Assembly (NCBI GenBank): GCA_048060725.1
Contig: JBGMQU010000003.1
Span: 527-64,526 of the forward strand
DNA: 64,000 bases
Reading direction: 5' to 3'
From: Gemmatimonadota bacterium
GTDB taxonomy: Bacteria > Gemmatimonadota > Gemmatimonadetes > Palauibacterales > Palauibacteraceae
Shown: positions 26,598 through 36,367 of the stretch, in pieces
Layout of the letters: every line of letters begins with the position of its first letter
Position numbering within the stretch: position 1 is the first letter of the stretch
Notes under the pieces: model-generated
The model's database searches: none
The model's input: the letters and a program-made list of their open reading frames with translations, nothing else
Told to the model about the DNA's origin: nothing
Position numbers and translations under genes: made by a program

Positions 26598-27731
26598 TCA
26601 GTGGCCTCCCAGAGCGGCACTCATGTCCGCAAGCAGCACCGATACGGTAGCTTGTGGATTCAGGTTTCTGTGGGCGTGTTCGCGGGCCGCCTCGACCGTC
26701 GCCAATGCTGCCAAAACGGCGGACTCCGAGAGGGGCCAGCGCTCGACGATCCGCGCGGACTTGCCGGCGTCGTGGACCAGCTCCGTAGCGCCGCTCGTGT
26801 AACAGAGTACGTCGCGGAGCCGCTCCTCCAGCTCCTCCAGCGCCGGCGCAAGAATCGACCGTGCCCCCTGCGCCGTGAACTGACTGGCCGCGGCATACCG
26901 GGCCCCGGGCTCACCACGCAGCGCCGCGGCAAGCAACCGGTCGGCGGTTGCCCCCGGCACATTGTCCTCACGGTCAGCCAGCGCGAGGGCCCGCCCAATC
27001 GATCCTTCCGCCCTGCGGGCGCCGCTGCGCGCTTCGTCTTTCGCGACACCCCGTGCGTCGATCAGGAAGCGCTCGACTTCCGCTTCCGCGAGCGGCGCGA
27101 CGCGCAGATTCGCGGTTCGAGACTGAATCGTGGGGAGGAGCGCGAAGGGCCGACTGGTGGTGAGGATGATATAGGCGAAGTCCGGCGGTTCCTCCAGGAG
27201 CTTGAGAAACGCGTTTGCCGCCTCCGGGCTCGCGCTCTGGGGGACCATCCGATCGGCTTCGGCGACGATGAACACGGCGATTCGACCCATGGCCGGCCGA
27301 CGCGATGCCTGCCGGCGAATGTTTTCGACGGCGGCGAGGTAGATTCCCGTGACCTCGCCGTCGTCCAGGCGCGCGCCCGGGTCGTCACGCAGCAGCGCCA
27401 GGCGGTCCTGCCGCTGGCCCTCGATCGTCTCCCGCAGCTTCTTTCGAGATCCGGCCCCCTTCGGCCGCGGCATCGGGAAGTAGTAATGGATGTCGGGGTG
27501 CTCGAGACGCGCGGCCATTCGACAACTCCGACAGTCTCCACACGGTGCGGGATCGCCTTCACAATGAAGGACAGCGGCCGTCCACAGCGCGACGGTCCGT
27601 TTGCCCACGCCCTCCGCTCCGTGGAGCAGAAGCGATTGCGGCAATCGTCGATTCGACACCGACGCGCGGATCCTGTCGAGCAGTTCCGCGTGTCCGTACA
27701 CAGCTGGCAGCCCGGCGTTCGGTCCGGTCAT
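26598..27731 (-). CDS. holB: DNA polymerase III subunit delta'
   Basis: The track ORF 26598..28877 is an artefactual extension. The ATG at 27731 overlaps the stop of the upstream gene (ATGA). LPQSLLLHGAEGVGKRTVALWTAAVLHCE...CGDCRSCRMAARLEHPD...AANAFLKLLEEPP fits delta'. Confidence 0.85.
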   Translation of the reverse strand: MTGPNAGLPAVYGHAELLDRIRASVSNRRLPQSLLLHGAEGVGKRTVALWTAAVLHCEGDPAPCGDCRSCRMAARLEHPDIHYYFPMPRPKGAGSRKKLRETIEGQRQDRLALLRDDPGARLDDGEVTGIYLAAVENIRRQASRRPAMGRIAVFIVAEADRMVPQSASPEAANAFLKLLEEPPDFAYIILTTSRPFALLPTIQSRTANLRVAPLAEAEVERFLIDARGVAKDEARSGARRAEGSIGRALALADREDNVPGATADRLLAAALRGEPGARYAAASQFTAQGARSILAPALEELEERLRDVLCYTSGATELVHDAGKSARIVERWPLSESAVLAALATVEAAREHAHRNLNPQATVSVLLADMSAALGGH

Positions 27732-28939
27732 CCCCGGTCGCGCAGCCAGCGTACGGGGTCGACCACGCGCGGACCTCCGGCGCTCGGCTCGTAGATCTGG
27801 AGTTCGATGTGCGGGGAATCGGCCTCCCCCCCGACTCGGCCAATCATCTGACCGAGCTGGACGGCCTGACCTTCGAGTACCGTGAGGCTCTGAAGTCGCG
27901 TGTACACCGAGTAGTACCCGCCGCCATGGTCCACGATCACCGTCTGGCCCGACGTGCGTGGGCCCGCGAACACGACGCTCCCCGCGTTGATGCTGCGGAC
28001 GGGAGTGCCCCGGGGCGCAGCGATGCCCACGCCTTCGCGGAAAATGGTTGTCGCTCCATCGCTCTGGGGTCCGAACCCGTACAGGATCTCGCCCTCCACC
28101 GGCCAATCGAGTCGACCCAGATCCGACGTCGTCAGCGTTGGCGTGCTGGAAATCCCCACGGTACGCTCGGCCTCGCGTCGCCGCGTCTCCAGCGTGGTGA
28201 TCATCCCGCGCAGTTGCTCCTCCTCGGCGGCGAGCTGCGTCAGTCGAGATTCGGTCTGCGATTGCTGGCTCGTGTAGTTGCGGAGCCGTCGCTGCCGCTG
28301 CTGCTCGAGCCGCGCGAGTTGGTCGAGCTCGGCCATCCGATCGTCGCGGGTTTGCTGAATTCGATCCGACTCTGTCGCGAGCTGGCCCCGCTGCACCTCG
28401 AGTTCCGTCTCGAGGTCCTGCACTTCCCGAACGAGGAGACGGTCGAACATCGAGATGTCGTGCAGATACCGATAGCGGTTGATGAGATTGGCGAAGGAAC
28501 GAGACGACAGCAGGACCTGAAACGTCGCGAGCGGTCCGCGCTTGTAGATCTCCCGCAGCCTGTGGCGGAGTACGGCCTTTCGAGCGGTCAGACGGTCCCG
28601 ATTGAGCAGCATGTCGCGCGTCATGATCGTCACCTGGTCGAGCAACGCACCGATCTGCACGTCGAGTTCGACCATCGCGCTCGCGGAGGCGGCGATCTGC
28701 CGCTCGATGTTCACGATCTCCGAGGAGACGTCGTGCACCTGGCCGCCGAGATCGTTCAGCTGGGTTTGAAGCGCCGAGCGCTCCCGGCGGATCTGGTCGA
28801 GTCGCCCCTGACTTTCCTGCAGCTGGCGAGAGATCTCTTCCGGATCCTGACCGATGGCGGCCGTGTGCGAGACACACGCTGCGACGGCCGCGAGCAACCA
28901 GGCGAAGCCAGCCCGGCGCCGAAGCCTTCTAGATCGCAT
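27728..28939 (-). CDS. M23 family peptidase, EnvC-like murein hydrolase activator
   Basis: A signal peptide is followed by a long coiled-coil region. The C-terminal LytM/M23 domain is LDWPVEGEILYGFG...GVGIAAPRGTPVRSINAGSVVFAG...GQTVIVDHGGGYYSVY. The gene sits directly downstream of ftsEX. Confidence 0.85.
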   Translation of the reverse strand: MRSRRLRRRAGFAWLLAAVAACVSHTAAIGQDPEEISRQLQESQGRLDQIRRERSALQTQLNDLGGQVHDVSSEIVNIERQIAASASAMVELDVQIGALLDQVTIMTRDMLLNRDRLTARKAVLRHRLREIYKRGPLATFQVLLSSRSFANLINRYRYLHDISMFDRLLVREVQDLETELEVQRGQLATESDRIQQTRDDRMAELDQLARLEQQRQRRLRNYTSQQSQTESRLTQLAAEEEQLRGMITTLETRRREAERTVGISSTPTLTTSDLGRLDWPVEGEILYGFGPQSDGATTIFREGVGIAAPRGTPVRSINAGSVVFAGPRTSGQTVIVDHGGGYYSVYTRLQSLTVLEGQAVQLGQMIGRVGGEADSPHIELQIYEPSAGGPRVVDPVRWLRDRG

Positions 28940-29801
28940 ACGCCTTCCCGAGTTCGCGCCGTACCGCCAGGACGGCGGCGAGCGCGCCCAGCACTGCCGC
29001 GGCTCCGATTCCGGCGACGATCCAGTGGTCGGGCAGCCACGCTATCGCCTCGAAGCCCGGAAAACGGGTCATGAACACCGAATATCCGAGCCGCGTGAAG
29101 GCGAGGGCGAGCAGCCCCCCGAGGAGCCCCGTGAAGAAACCTTCGACCAGGAAGGGGCGCTGGATGTAGCCTTCCGTGGCGCCGATGGTCTGCATTACCT
29201 CGATTTCCTCCGAGCGGGCGAGGATCGCCATCCGAACCGACGTGCCGATCAGTAACACGGCGACCAGAGCGAATGCACCGCCGAGGACTCCCGCGGCGCC
29301 CCCCACCATGCGTCGAATCGCGAAGAGTTGCTCGACCCAGCCCTCACCAAACCGGACATCCTCGATGAAGTCGTATCCGGAAAGACGCGCCGCGACCGTC
29401 TCGACCGCGTCGGGTCCCCGGAACCCTTCGGCGAGTCGCAGATGAAGGGAGGCAGGGAGGGGGTTCACCTCGAGGCCCTGATACACCTCGGAGAACTCGG
29501 ACAGATCCCGCCGTGCGGTTACGAGCGCCTCCGTCTTGGAAACGTACCGAACCTCTTCAATCTCGGGGTACGCCTCCATCTCACTGCGGGCGATCGCGAT
29601 TCTCTCCTCGCCGGCGTCCTCCAGCAAATATCCCACGACCTCCACGCGCCGCTCAACGTCGCCGATCGCGGCGCTGATGTTGTGGGCGCTCAGACTGAAC
29701 AACCCGAGGATCAACAGACTCAGCCCGATCGCACTGACCGACAACGCACTGAGCAGCGGCGATCGTCTGAAGCTCGCGAACGCCTCCCGGAATGGCCTCA
29801 T
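28929..29801 (-). CDS. ftsX: Cell division permease-like protein FtsX
   Basis: The 290-aa protein has the expected topology of one TM segment, a periplasmic domain and three TM segments. Its start overlaps the ftsE stop (ATGA). Confidence 0.85.
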   Translation of the reverse strand: MRPFREAFASFRRSPLLSALSVSAIGLSLLILGLFSLSAHNISAAIGDVERRVEVVGYLLEDAGEERIAIARSEMEAYPEIEEVRYVSKTEALVTARRDLSEFSEVYQGLEVNPLPASLHLRLAEGFRGPDAVETVAARLSGYDFIEDVRFGEGWVEQLFAIRRMVGGAAGVLGGAFALVAVLLIGTSVRMAILARSEEIEVMQTIGATEGYIQRPFLVEGFFTGLLGGLLALAFTRLGYSVFMTRFPGFEAIAWLPDHWIVAGIGAAAVLGALAAVLAVRRELGKAYAI

Positions 29802-30607
29802 CCGATCTCCTCCGGCAGCGGGGCCGGCGACGGTGTGTCGGTGGAAAGCGGGACGTCGGCGGCGGGGTCGGCCGGCGCATCTTCCTCGCGATCGACCTGC
29901 GCGGCGGTCCTGGCTTCGTCGACGGCCGCCTCCGCGCCAGCAGCCACGGAGTCGTACACGAGTTTTCCGTGCTCGAGCTCCAGTACGCGAATCTCGGGAT
30001 TGTGCTCGATGAGCTGGGCGTCGTGGGTCGCCATCACGATCGTCATCCCCAGCCGATTGACGGTTCGGAAGATCTGAAGCACGCCGTCGGCCGCCCGAGG
30101 ATCCAGGTTTCCAGTCGGCTCGTCGGCGAGGAGCACCAGCGGGTCGGTCGCCAGCGCACGGGCGATCACGACGCGCTGGCGCTCGCCTCCCGACAACTCT
30201 TCCGGCATCGACCGCGCCTTCGCGGCGAGACCGACTTCACTCAGCAATCGTTGTACTCGACCGTCGACCTCGCCGCGGGGCGTGCCGGTCACCTCGAGCG
30301 CGAACGCGACGTTCTCGCCCGCGGTCAGCCGATCGAGGAGTTTGAAGTCCTGAAAGACGTAGCCGACACGTCGGCGGAGATCCGGGACCTGACGCCGCCG
30401 GACCCGCGCCGAATTGTACCGCGATATCTGGACCTGCCCCTCGGTGGGACGGGTCTGGAAGTGAATCAACTGAAGCAGGGTGGTCTTTCCGGCCCCGGAG
30501 TGGCCCGTGAGGAAAACGAATTCGCCCTTCCGGATGTGGAACGTCACATCCTCGATGGCGGACCCCGTCTTCGGGTAGGTCTTCGTCACATTTCGAAAGC
30601 GGATCAT
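29798..30607 (-). CDS. ftsE: Cell division ATP-binding protein FtsE
   Basis: MIRFRNVTKTY, Walker A GHSGAGKTT, the signature LSGGERQRV and Walker B LLADEPTGNLD. A ~45-aa acidic, Pro-rich C-terminal extension is present. Confidence 0.9.
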   Translation of the reverse strand: MIRFRNVTKTYPKTGSAIEDVTFHIRKGEFVFLTGHSGAGKTTLLQLIHFQTRPTEGQVQISRYNSARVRRRQVPDLRRRVGYVFQDFKLLDRLTAGENVAFALEVTGTPRGEVDGRVQRLLSEVGLAAKARSMPEELSGGERQRVVIARALATDPLVLLADEPTGNLDPRAADGVLQIFRTVNRLGMTIVMATHDAQLIEHNPEIRVLELEHGKLVYDSVAAGAEAAVDEARTAAQVDREEDAPADPAADVPLSTDTPSPAPLPEEIG

Positions 30608-31572
30608 GGGGCGGTAACCGTCGTGTTGCAGAAACGGACGCAGAGATCCACCGCGGCCAACATGGCCCCGGGGTTTGCAAGGCCCGTCCCGGCGATGTCG
30701 AGGGCGGTACCGTGGTCCGGCGACGTGCGGGGGAACGGGAGACCCGCGGTAACGTTTACGCCGGTATCGCGCGCCACCGTCTTCAAGACGGCGAGCCCGA
30801 CGTCGTGATATGGAGTGACGACGAGGTCGGACGTTCCTTCGAGCGTGTGCCTGAACACCGTATCCGCCGGGAAAACGCCGAGAATCTCGACGTCTCCCGC
30901 CGCACCGATGCGGTCGATCGCCGGGTTGATCACCTCCGCCTCCTCATCTCCGAAGAGCCCCCCTTCGCCGGCGTGTGGATTCAAGCCCGCAAACGAAATC
31001 CGCGGTCGCGGGATCCCCCACCAGGTGCGGAGCGCCTCCACGGCGATCCTGGTGCGACGAACCACGAGTTCGATCGTGAGCGTGTCCGGGACGGAGCGCA
31101 ACGGCAGGTGCGCCGTCAAGAGCGCCATCCGTAACGGCCCGTTCAGCGGCGTGCTCTCGGCGGACATCATCATCGTGACGTCGCTCGTGCCGCTCAGGTC
31201 CTGGAGAAACTCGGTATGGCCCGGGTACGTGTAGCCGGCGGCGTGCAGAGCCGCTTTGCTGATCGGCGCCGTCACGATGCCGTCGAGCACGCCCGTGGAA
31301 ACGAGTTCGACCGCGCGCACGATCGCGGCAGCGGAAAGCTGGCCGGCGAGGCGGGCGCCACCGGAGGGTGTCCAGTCGCCGATGGTCTCCCACACACCGA
31401 GTCCGTCCAGGGCTGCCTCGTGCTCCGCCAGCCCCGTCGGTCCGATAATGCGGAAGTCGACCCCCGCGTCCTGCCGCTTGTCCAGCGCGGCGGCGCTGAC
31501 TTCAGGTCCGATCCCGCGCGGGTCACCCAGGGTGATCCCGATCCGCGGTCTGCTCGTCATCCTCCCAAACAC
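30604..31572 (-). CDS. pdxA: 4-hydroxythreonine-4-phosphate dehydrogenase
   Basis: IGITLGDPRGIGPEV...TAPISKAAL...YPGHTEFL...GLNPHAGEGG...DHGTALDIAG. Confidence 0.9.
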   Translation of the reverse strand: MFGRMTSRPRIGITLGDPRGIGPEVSAAALDKRQDAGVDFRIIGPTGLAEHEAALDGLGVWETIGDWTPSGGARLAGQLSAAAIVRAVELVSTGVLDGIVTAPISKAALHAAGYTYPGHTEFLQDLSGTSDVTMMMSAESTPLNGPLRMALLTAHLPLRSVPDTLTIELVVRRTRIAVEALRTWWGIPRPRISFAGLNPHAGEGGLFGDEEAEVINPAIDRIGAAGDVEILGVFPADTVFRHTLEGTSDLVVTPYHDVGLAVLKTVARDTGVNVTAGLPFPRTSPDHGTALDIAGTGLANPGAMLAAVDLCVRFCNTTVTAP

Positions 31573-31588
31573 CCCCCGACCCCGTTCG

Positions 31589-32977
31589 TCAGAGCTTGAT
31601 ATCGACGAAGGTGCGCGCGCGCATCTCGGCGAGAAGCACGTCGATCTGTTTCGAGACTCTGAGGTTCTGCCTGATTACATCTCGAAAATCGTCCAGCTCG
31701 ACCGGACCCTCCGGCCGATAGCGAAGCATGTGGATAATAACGTATTCGGTCGGTCCGCTGCGCTGAATCTCGAACGGGCCGTACACTTTGTCATCCTTCG
31801 GCGTGGCAATCGTAGCGACGTCAGCCGGTTTCAACTGACCCGTGAGCTGTTGGATGGGAATGTTGTCGAACCGAATCTGCTCCTTGGCGACCTCGGTGTT
31901 GGCCCTCTGCAAACGCTCGGGATCGACCCCGGCCCTCAGGCTGTCGGCCAACTCGCCGGCGAACGCCCGGGCCCTCTGGAAGTCATCCTCGTCCAGTTCG
32001 GGTTCGATGAGAATGTGCCGGATGAATCGCTCGCCCCCTCGAGAATTCTCGATCTTGATGATGTGAAGTCCGAAGCGAGTCGAAATTGGCCCGATCGTCT
32101 GGCCCGGCCTCGCCTGCCACGCCGCATCGGCGAATTCCTTGACGAGAGCGTCTCGCCTCATCCAGCCGAGTTCACCTCCTGCCTCTCGCGTACCATCGTC
32201 GTCGGAATAACGTCGAGCCACGACCGCGAAGTCTTCGCCGGCGTTGAGATCGAGGTTGATTCGAACCGCCCGCGCGATCGCGCTGTCGCGCGCCGCACCA
32301 TCCGGAAACGGGGTGATGATCAACTGGTTGAACGACACCATGGGTGGTCGGGTCTGACCCCCCGCCTGTTCGAGGAAATAGGCCTGGACCTCGGAATCGT
32401 TGATCACCACGGGCGGGAGGTCGGGTCGCTGTGCCAGGGATCCGCGAAAGACCTCGAGGAGGACCTCCGTCTCGGCGTTCGATCGCAGCATCTGGCGATA
32501 CTGCAGCATGTTCATGCCGGATTCCTCGACGACGTCAGCCAGCGCCTGATCGCTCGCAAATCCCTGTCTGGCCTGCTGGTAGTACTCCTCGGCCCGCTCC
32601 TCGACCTGCTCTTCGGGCGCCGACAGACCCCCTCGTTTCGCCTCCTGGAGCCAGATCACCAGGTCGGCCAGGGCGTTGACGACCTGACGTGCGACCTGTC
32701 CCCATTGGGGCGAGTCTTCCGGCGGAATCTGGGTGCCTTGCGCCTCGAGCCGGAACATCTCGTTACGGACATCCGAAAGGAGGATCGCGGTATCGCCGAC
32801 GATCGCGACGACACGGTCGACCTCCAGGACGTCGGCCGGCCACGGGGGCTCCAGGGCCGGTGGTTCCTGAAGCGCGGTTGCCGGCTGAGCAAATGCCGAC
32901 CCGAAGATCAACAGGAGCCCCGGCACCACACCGGCCTTGAACAGGCGGTCTGCCTGTCCCTCACAACCCACTCTCAT
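31589..32977 (-). CDS. surA: Periplasmic chaperone / peptidyl-prolyl isomerase, SurA-like
   Basis: A signal peptide is followed by a SurA_N-like region and a parvulin domain (GGELGWMRRDALVKEFADAAW...PISTRFGLHIIKIE). The gene is adjacent to pdxA, matching the surA-pdxA linkage in E. coli. Confidence 0.75.
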   Translation of the reverse strand: MRVGCEGQADRLFKAGVVPGLLLIFGSAFAQPATALQEPPALEPPWPADVLEVDRVVAIVGDTAILLSDVRNEMFRLEAQGTQIPPEDSPQWGQVARQVVNALADLVIWLQEAKRGGLSAPEEQVEERAEEYYQQARQGFASDQALADVVEESGMNMLQYRQMLRSNAETEVLLEVFRGSLAQRPDLPPVVINDSEVQAYFLEQAGGQTRPPMVSFNQLIITPFPDGAARDSAIARAVRINLDLNAGEDFAVVARRYSDDDGTREAGGELGWMRRDALVKEFADAAWQARPGQTIGPISTRFGLHIIKIENSRGGERFIRHILIEPELDEDDFQRARAFAGELADSLRAGVDPERLQRANTEVAKEQIRFDNIPIQQLTGQLKPADVATIATPKDDKVYGPFEIQRSGPTEYVIIHMLRYRPEGPVELDDFRDVIRQNLRVSKQIDVLLAEMRARTFVDIKL

Positions 32978-32980
32978 TCT

Positions 32981-35900
32981 TTACACTCCTCCTGCGGTCA
33001 CCGGGACCTGCTCCCCTCCCGCCCTCGCGAGGAGTCGCAACGCCTCGATCAGGGTGGGGAGCAGGGGCTCGGTGCCCGCTCGTTTCAACACCAAGGATAA
33101 CGGCTGAAGGCGTCGTACTTCAACGTCCAGTTGCCGGTCCGCGAACGCATGTCGGAGTAACCCCAACTGCGGCGTCGCGGCCGGCTCGAACGTCAACCTC
33201 GCATCGTTCTCGGAAGCCCGTATCCACGACGCTTCGACGGCGGACCCCAGAACGCGCAGTTCCGCCACATCGAGGAGCCGCGCGGCCTGATCCGGAAGCG
33301 GGCCGAACCGATCTCGAAGTTCGTCCCGGAGGTCGGCCACTTCCTGCCACTCAGTGAGACGCGAGAGGCGCCGATATAGATGCATCTTGTTTTCGGGTTC
33401 CCCCACATAGTCGTCCGGGAGAAGTGACTCTCCGTCGATCGCGACCCGAGCACTGCGGCGCTCCTCCCCCGGATCTCCGCGCAGACGACGCACCGTGCTC
33501 GAGACCAATCGCTGGTAGGTCTCGATTCCGACTGCCGTCGCGAACCCGCTCTGTTCGGCTCCCAACAGGTTACCCGCGCCGCGCAGCTCGAGATCCTTCA
33601 GGGCCACCTGGTATCCCGACCCGAGCGCCGTGTGGTGCTCGAGCACGCGGAGACGCTGCTCCGCGTCGCGCGAGACACTCGACGGAAGAATGAGATAGCA
33701 ATACGCCCGGCGGTGCGACCGGCCGACCCGGCCGCGTAGCTGGTACAACTGCGCCAACCCGAACCTGTCCGCGCGGTGCACGATGATCGTGTTCGCGTTC
33801 GGTACATCGAGTCCGTTCTCGATGATCGACGTACACACCATTACCTGAACATCTCCGTCCATCAGCCCGCGCATTACCCGCTCCAGCTCCCGTTCCGACA
33901 TCTGGCCGTGCGCAACCGAGATCTCGACCTCCGGAACCAGTCCGCGAACCCTCTCCGCGAGCGCTTCGATCGTCTCGACCCGGTCGTGGACGACGAACAC
34001 CTGGCCCCCTCGATCGAGTTCGCGCATGAGGGCGTCCTCGAGAACGAGGTCGTCCCACGGGAGGACGTGTGTGATGATGGGCATGCGGTTACGCGGCGGT
34101 GTTCGAATCAGCGAGAGATCCCGGATTCCGCCAAGCGCGAGGTGAAGCGTGCGGGGAATTGGCGTCGCCGTCAGGGTGAGGACGTCGACCGATTCCTTCA
34201 ACTCCTTGAGTCGCTCTTTTTGTTTCACTCCGAAGCGTTGTTCCTCGTCGACGATGAGCAACCCCAGGTCGGCGAAACGTACGTCCTTCGAAAGAAGCCG
34301 GTGGGTGCCGATCACGATGTCCACGTTCCCGCCCTCGATGCCCTCGACGATCTTCCGCTGGCTCCCGGGCGTCTGGAATCGGGACAGTCCCTCGATGCGG
34401 AGGGGGAAGCCGGCCAGACGCTCCCGGAACGTGTGGAGGTGCTGGTCCGCCAGGATCGTGGTCGGGGCCAGAATGGCCACCTGCGCTCCACCCTGCACCG
34501 CCATGAACGCCGCCCGGATCGCGATCTCGGTCTTTCCGAAGCCTACGTCGCCACAGACAAGCCGATCCATCGGTCGGGCCTCCTCGAGGTCCTTCCGGAC
34601 CGCGCGCCACGCCTCCAGCTGATCCGGAGTCTCATCATAAAGAAACGCCGACTCCATCTCGCGCTGCCATGCCGTGTCCGACCTGAACGCTCGTCCCGGC
34701 GCCAGTTGTCGCTTGGCGTACAGTTGCAGAAGCTCGACGGCGCTGGCCTCGATCGCCCCGACCGTTCTTCGTTTGAGCTGCTTCCACCGCTTGCCTCCCA
34801 GCTTGTGCACCGGCGGCGCCGACTCCAGGGTCTCACCGCCGGACGAGCTCCAGCGTTCGATGAGGTCGAGCCGATAGTGTGGCAGCTTCAACATCTCGCG
34901 ATCCGCATACTCGATCGCGAGCGTCTCGATCGTCTCGCCGCCGATCTCGACGCGCTCGATCCCGCGGTAGCGTCCGATCCCGTGGTCCATGTGGACCACA
35001 TAGTCGCCCGGCCGGATCGAGGCGATGGACTCGAGCGTCGCGGCTCCCCGGAAACGGGTACGCGCCCGACGGTAGGTCCGGCGAAAGATCTCGTGATCCG
35101 TCAGGATCAGCGCGGGGGCGGGGCCGCCGACCCGAAATCCGCCGCTGAGAGAACCGATTCCGAGGGTGATCCCCCCCGACAGACCCGGGCTGCCGCGCTC
35201 CGCCAGAATCTCTTCGAGTCGCTCGATCTGGCCGTCGTTGTCGCAGAGGATGGTCGGTCGCTCCCCCGCCCGGACGGAAGCCGTGAGCACCTGAACGAGC
35301 CGGCCCATGTCACGGTCGATCGGGGGGGGCGGTTCGATGGGTAGATCGGTGTCGGGTGCCTCGCCTTCCGGCATCACCTCGATCCGTCGGAGACGCTCGA
35401 TCCGCGTTTCCGATGCGTCGGGGGGCTCGACGAGCGCCTCGACTGGCGCGGCGTCGGGTCCGGCCCGGCCCCGCGCGTCGCGGACTTCATCCCACAACCT
35501 CGTGCGGGCCCCGCGCTCCGCCCCGGGATCGAGCCGAACGAGGAGTGTCGTTTCCGGTAGCATCTCGAGAAGGGATCGGGGCTCCGTCGCTTCCGCGCCC
35601 GGACTGAGATCGATGGGCAGGATGTCGCAGTTGTCGACGGTGTCCGTGGACCGCTGGGTCAGCGCGTCGAACGGTCGGATCGACTCGATCTGGTCGCCCC
35701 ACAACTCGATGCGCAGGGGCGCCGCGTGGCCGAACGGAAACACGTCGATCAGGCCCCCGCGGAGAGCGTAGTCTCCAACCTCTTTGACCGTACCCGTCCG
35801 TTCGAAGCCCATCCGGTCGAGTCGCTCCGCCAGGGGGTGGAGGCCCGGCGAGTCGCCGGTGGCCAGCGTGAGGACGAAGGACTCACCCGGCGTCACCGGG

Positions 35901-36367
35901 ACGGGAGTTCGCTCGGCGAGCGCTCGTCCTGTCGTCACGAGCATGGTCACCCGACCGGCCAGAAGGGCGCCCAGCGCGTCGACCCGCTGGGCGGCGATCT
36001 CGACATGTGGATCGGCGTCCTCGTATGGCAGCGTCTCTCGCTGTGGGAAGCACCGAGACCCTCTCCCGGACAGGCTCTGGACGTCGGCGTGTATCTCGTC
36101 GGCTCGCCCGGGCGTGGGCGCGACCACGACGACGGGAGTGCCGACGGCGGCGTCACGCAGCGCCGTCGCGAGGGCGGCGATGCCGGCGCCGGGGATGGGG
36201 GGGATGGATACACGTGCCCCCCCTCGTGAAAGCTTCGCGGGCAGATCCGCGTGTCTTACGAGTGCGGCGAACGTTCGATGAATCGCTTCGAAGCGCGAGA
36301 TGTCGCGTGACTCCGGTATTACGTGGCCCCGGTGTTCGCTTCGGCGTCCGGCTCGGCTCCCCTCCAC
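32981..36367 (-). CDS. mfd: Transcription-repair coupling factor
   Basis: The 1128-aa protein has a CarD-like domain (PGDYVVHMDHGIGRY), helicase motifs (LVCGDVGFGKTE, LLIVDEEQRFG) and a TRCF C-terminal domain. The GTG start at 36367 overlaps the upstream gene by 49 nt, and I found no alternative start nearby. Confidence 0.95.
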   Translation of the reverse strand: MEGSRAGRRSEHRGHVIPESRDISRFEAIHRTFAALVRHADLPAKLSRGGARVSIPPIPGAGIAALATALRDAAVGTPVVVVAPTPGRADEIHADVQSLSGRGSRCFPQRETLPYEDADPHVEIAAQRVDALGALLAGRVTMLVTTGRALAERTPVPVTPGESFVLTLATGDSPGLHPLAERLDRMGFERTGTVKEVGDYALRGGLIDVFPFGHAAPLRIELWGDQIESIRPFDALTQRSTDTVDNCDILPIDLSPGAEATEPRSLLEMLPETTLLVRLDPGAERGARTRLWDEVRDARGRAGPDAAPVEALVEPPDASETRIERLRRIEVMPEGEAPDTDLPIEPPPPIDRDMGRLVQVLTASVRAGERPTILCDNDGQIERLEEILAERGSPGLSGGITLGIGSLSGGFRVGGPAPALILTDHEIFRRTYRRARTRFRGAATLESIASIRPGDYVVHMDHGIGRYRGIERVEIGGETIETLAIEYADREMLKLPHYRLDLIERWSSSGGETLESAPPVHKLGGKRWKQLKRRTVGAIEASAVELLQLYAKRQLAPGRAFRSDTAWQREMESAFLYDETPDQLEAWRAVRKDLEEARPMDRLVCGDVGFGKTEIAIRAAFMAVQGGAQVAILAPTTILADQHLHTFRERLAGFPLRIEGLSRFQTPGSQRKIVEGIEGGNVDIVIGTHRLLSKDVRFADLGLLIVDEEQRFGVKQKERLKELKESVDVLTLTATPIPRTLHLALGGIRDLSLIRTPPRNRMPIITHVLPWDDLVLEDALMRELDRGGQVFVVHDRVETIEALAERVRGLVPEVEISVAHGQMSERELERVMRGLMDGDVQVMVCTSIIENGLDVPNANTIIVHRADRFGLAQLYQLRGRVGRSHRRAYCYLILPSSVSRDAEQRLRVLEHHTALGSGYQVALKDLELRGAGNLLGAEQSGFATAVGIETYQRLVSSTVRRLRGDPGEERRSARVAIDGESLLPDDYVGEPENKMHLYRRLSRLTEWQEVADLRDELRDRFGPLPDQAARLLDVAELRVLGSAVEASWIRASENDARLTFEPAATPQLGLLRHAFADRQLDVEVRRLQPLSLVLKRAGTEPLLPTLIEALRLLARAGGEQVPVTAGGV

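Noticed and set aside
26046-27794. A 582-aa plus-strand ORF spans moaC and holB. Similar long alternate-strand ORFs occur at 33776-35344, 36007-37971, 45632-47197, 50826-52514, 57530-59188 and 23217-24961.
   Set aside because: Each is antisense to a gene with strong family motifs, and each has a low-complexity Arg/Pro/Gly-rich translation.
26598-28877. A 759-aa ORF suggests a very large HolB.
   Set aside because: Only the C-terminal 378 aa look like DNA polymerase III delta'. The N-terminal part is Arg-rich nonsense that overlaps the M23 peptidase gene in another frame. The ATG at 27731 forms an ATGA overlap with the M23 stop.
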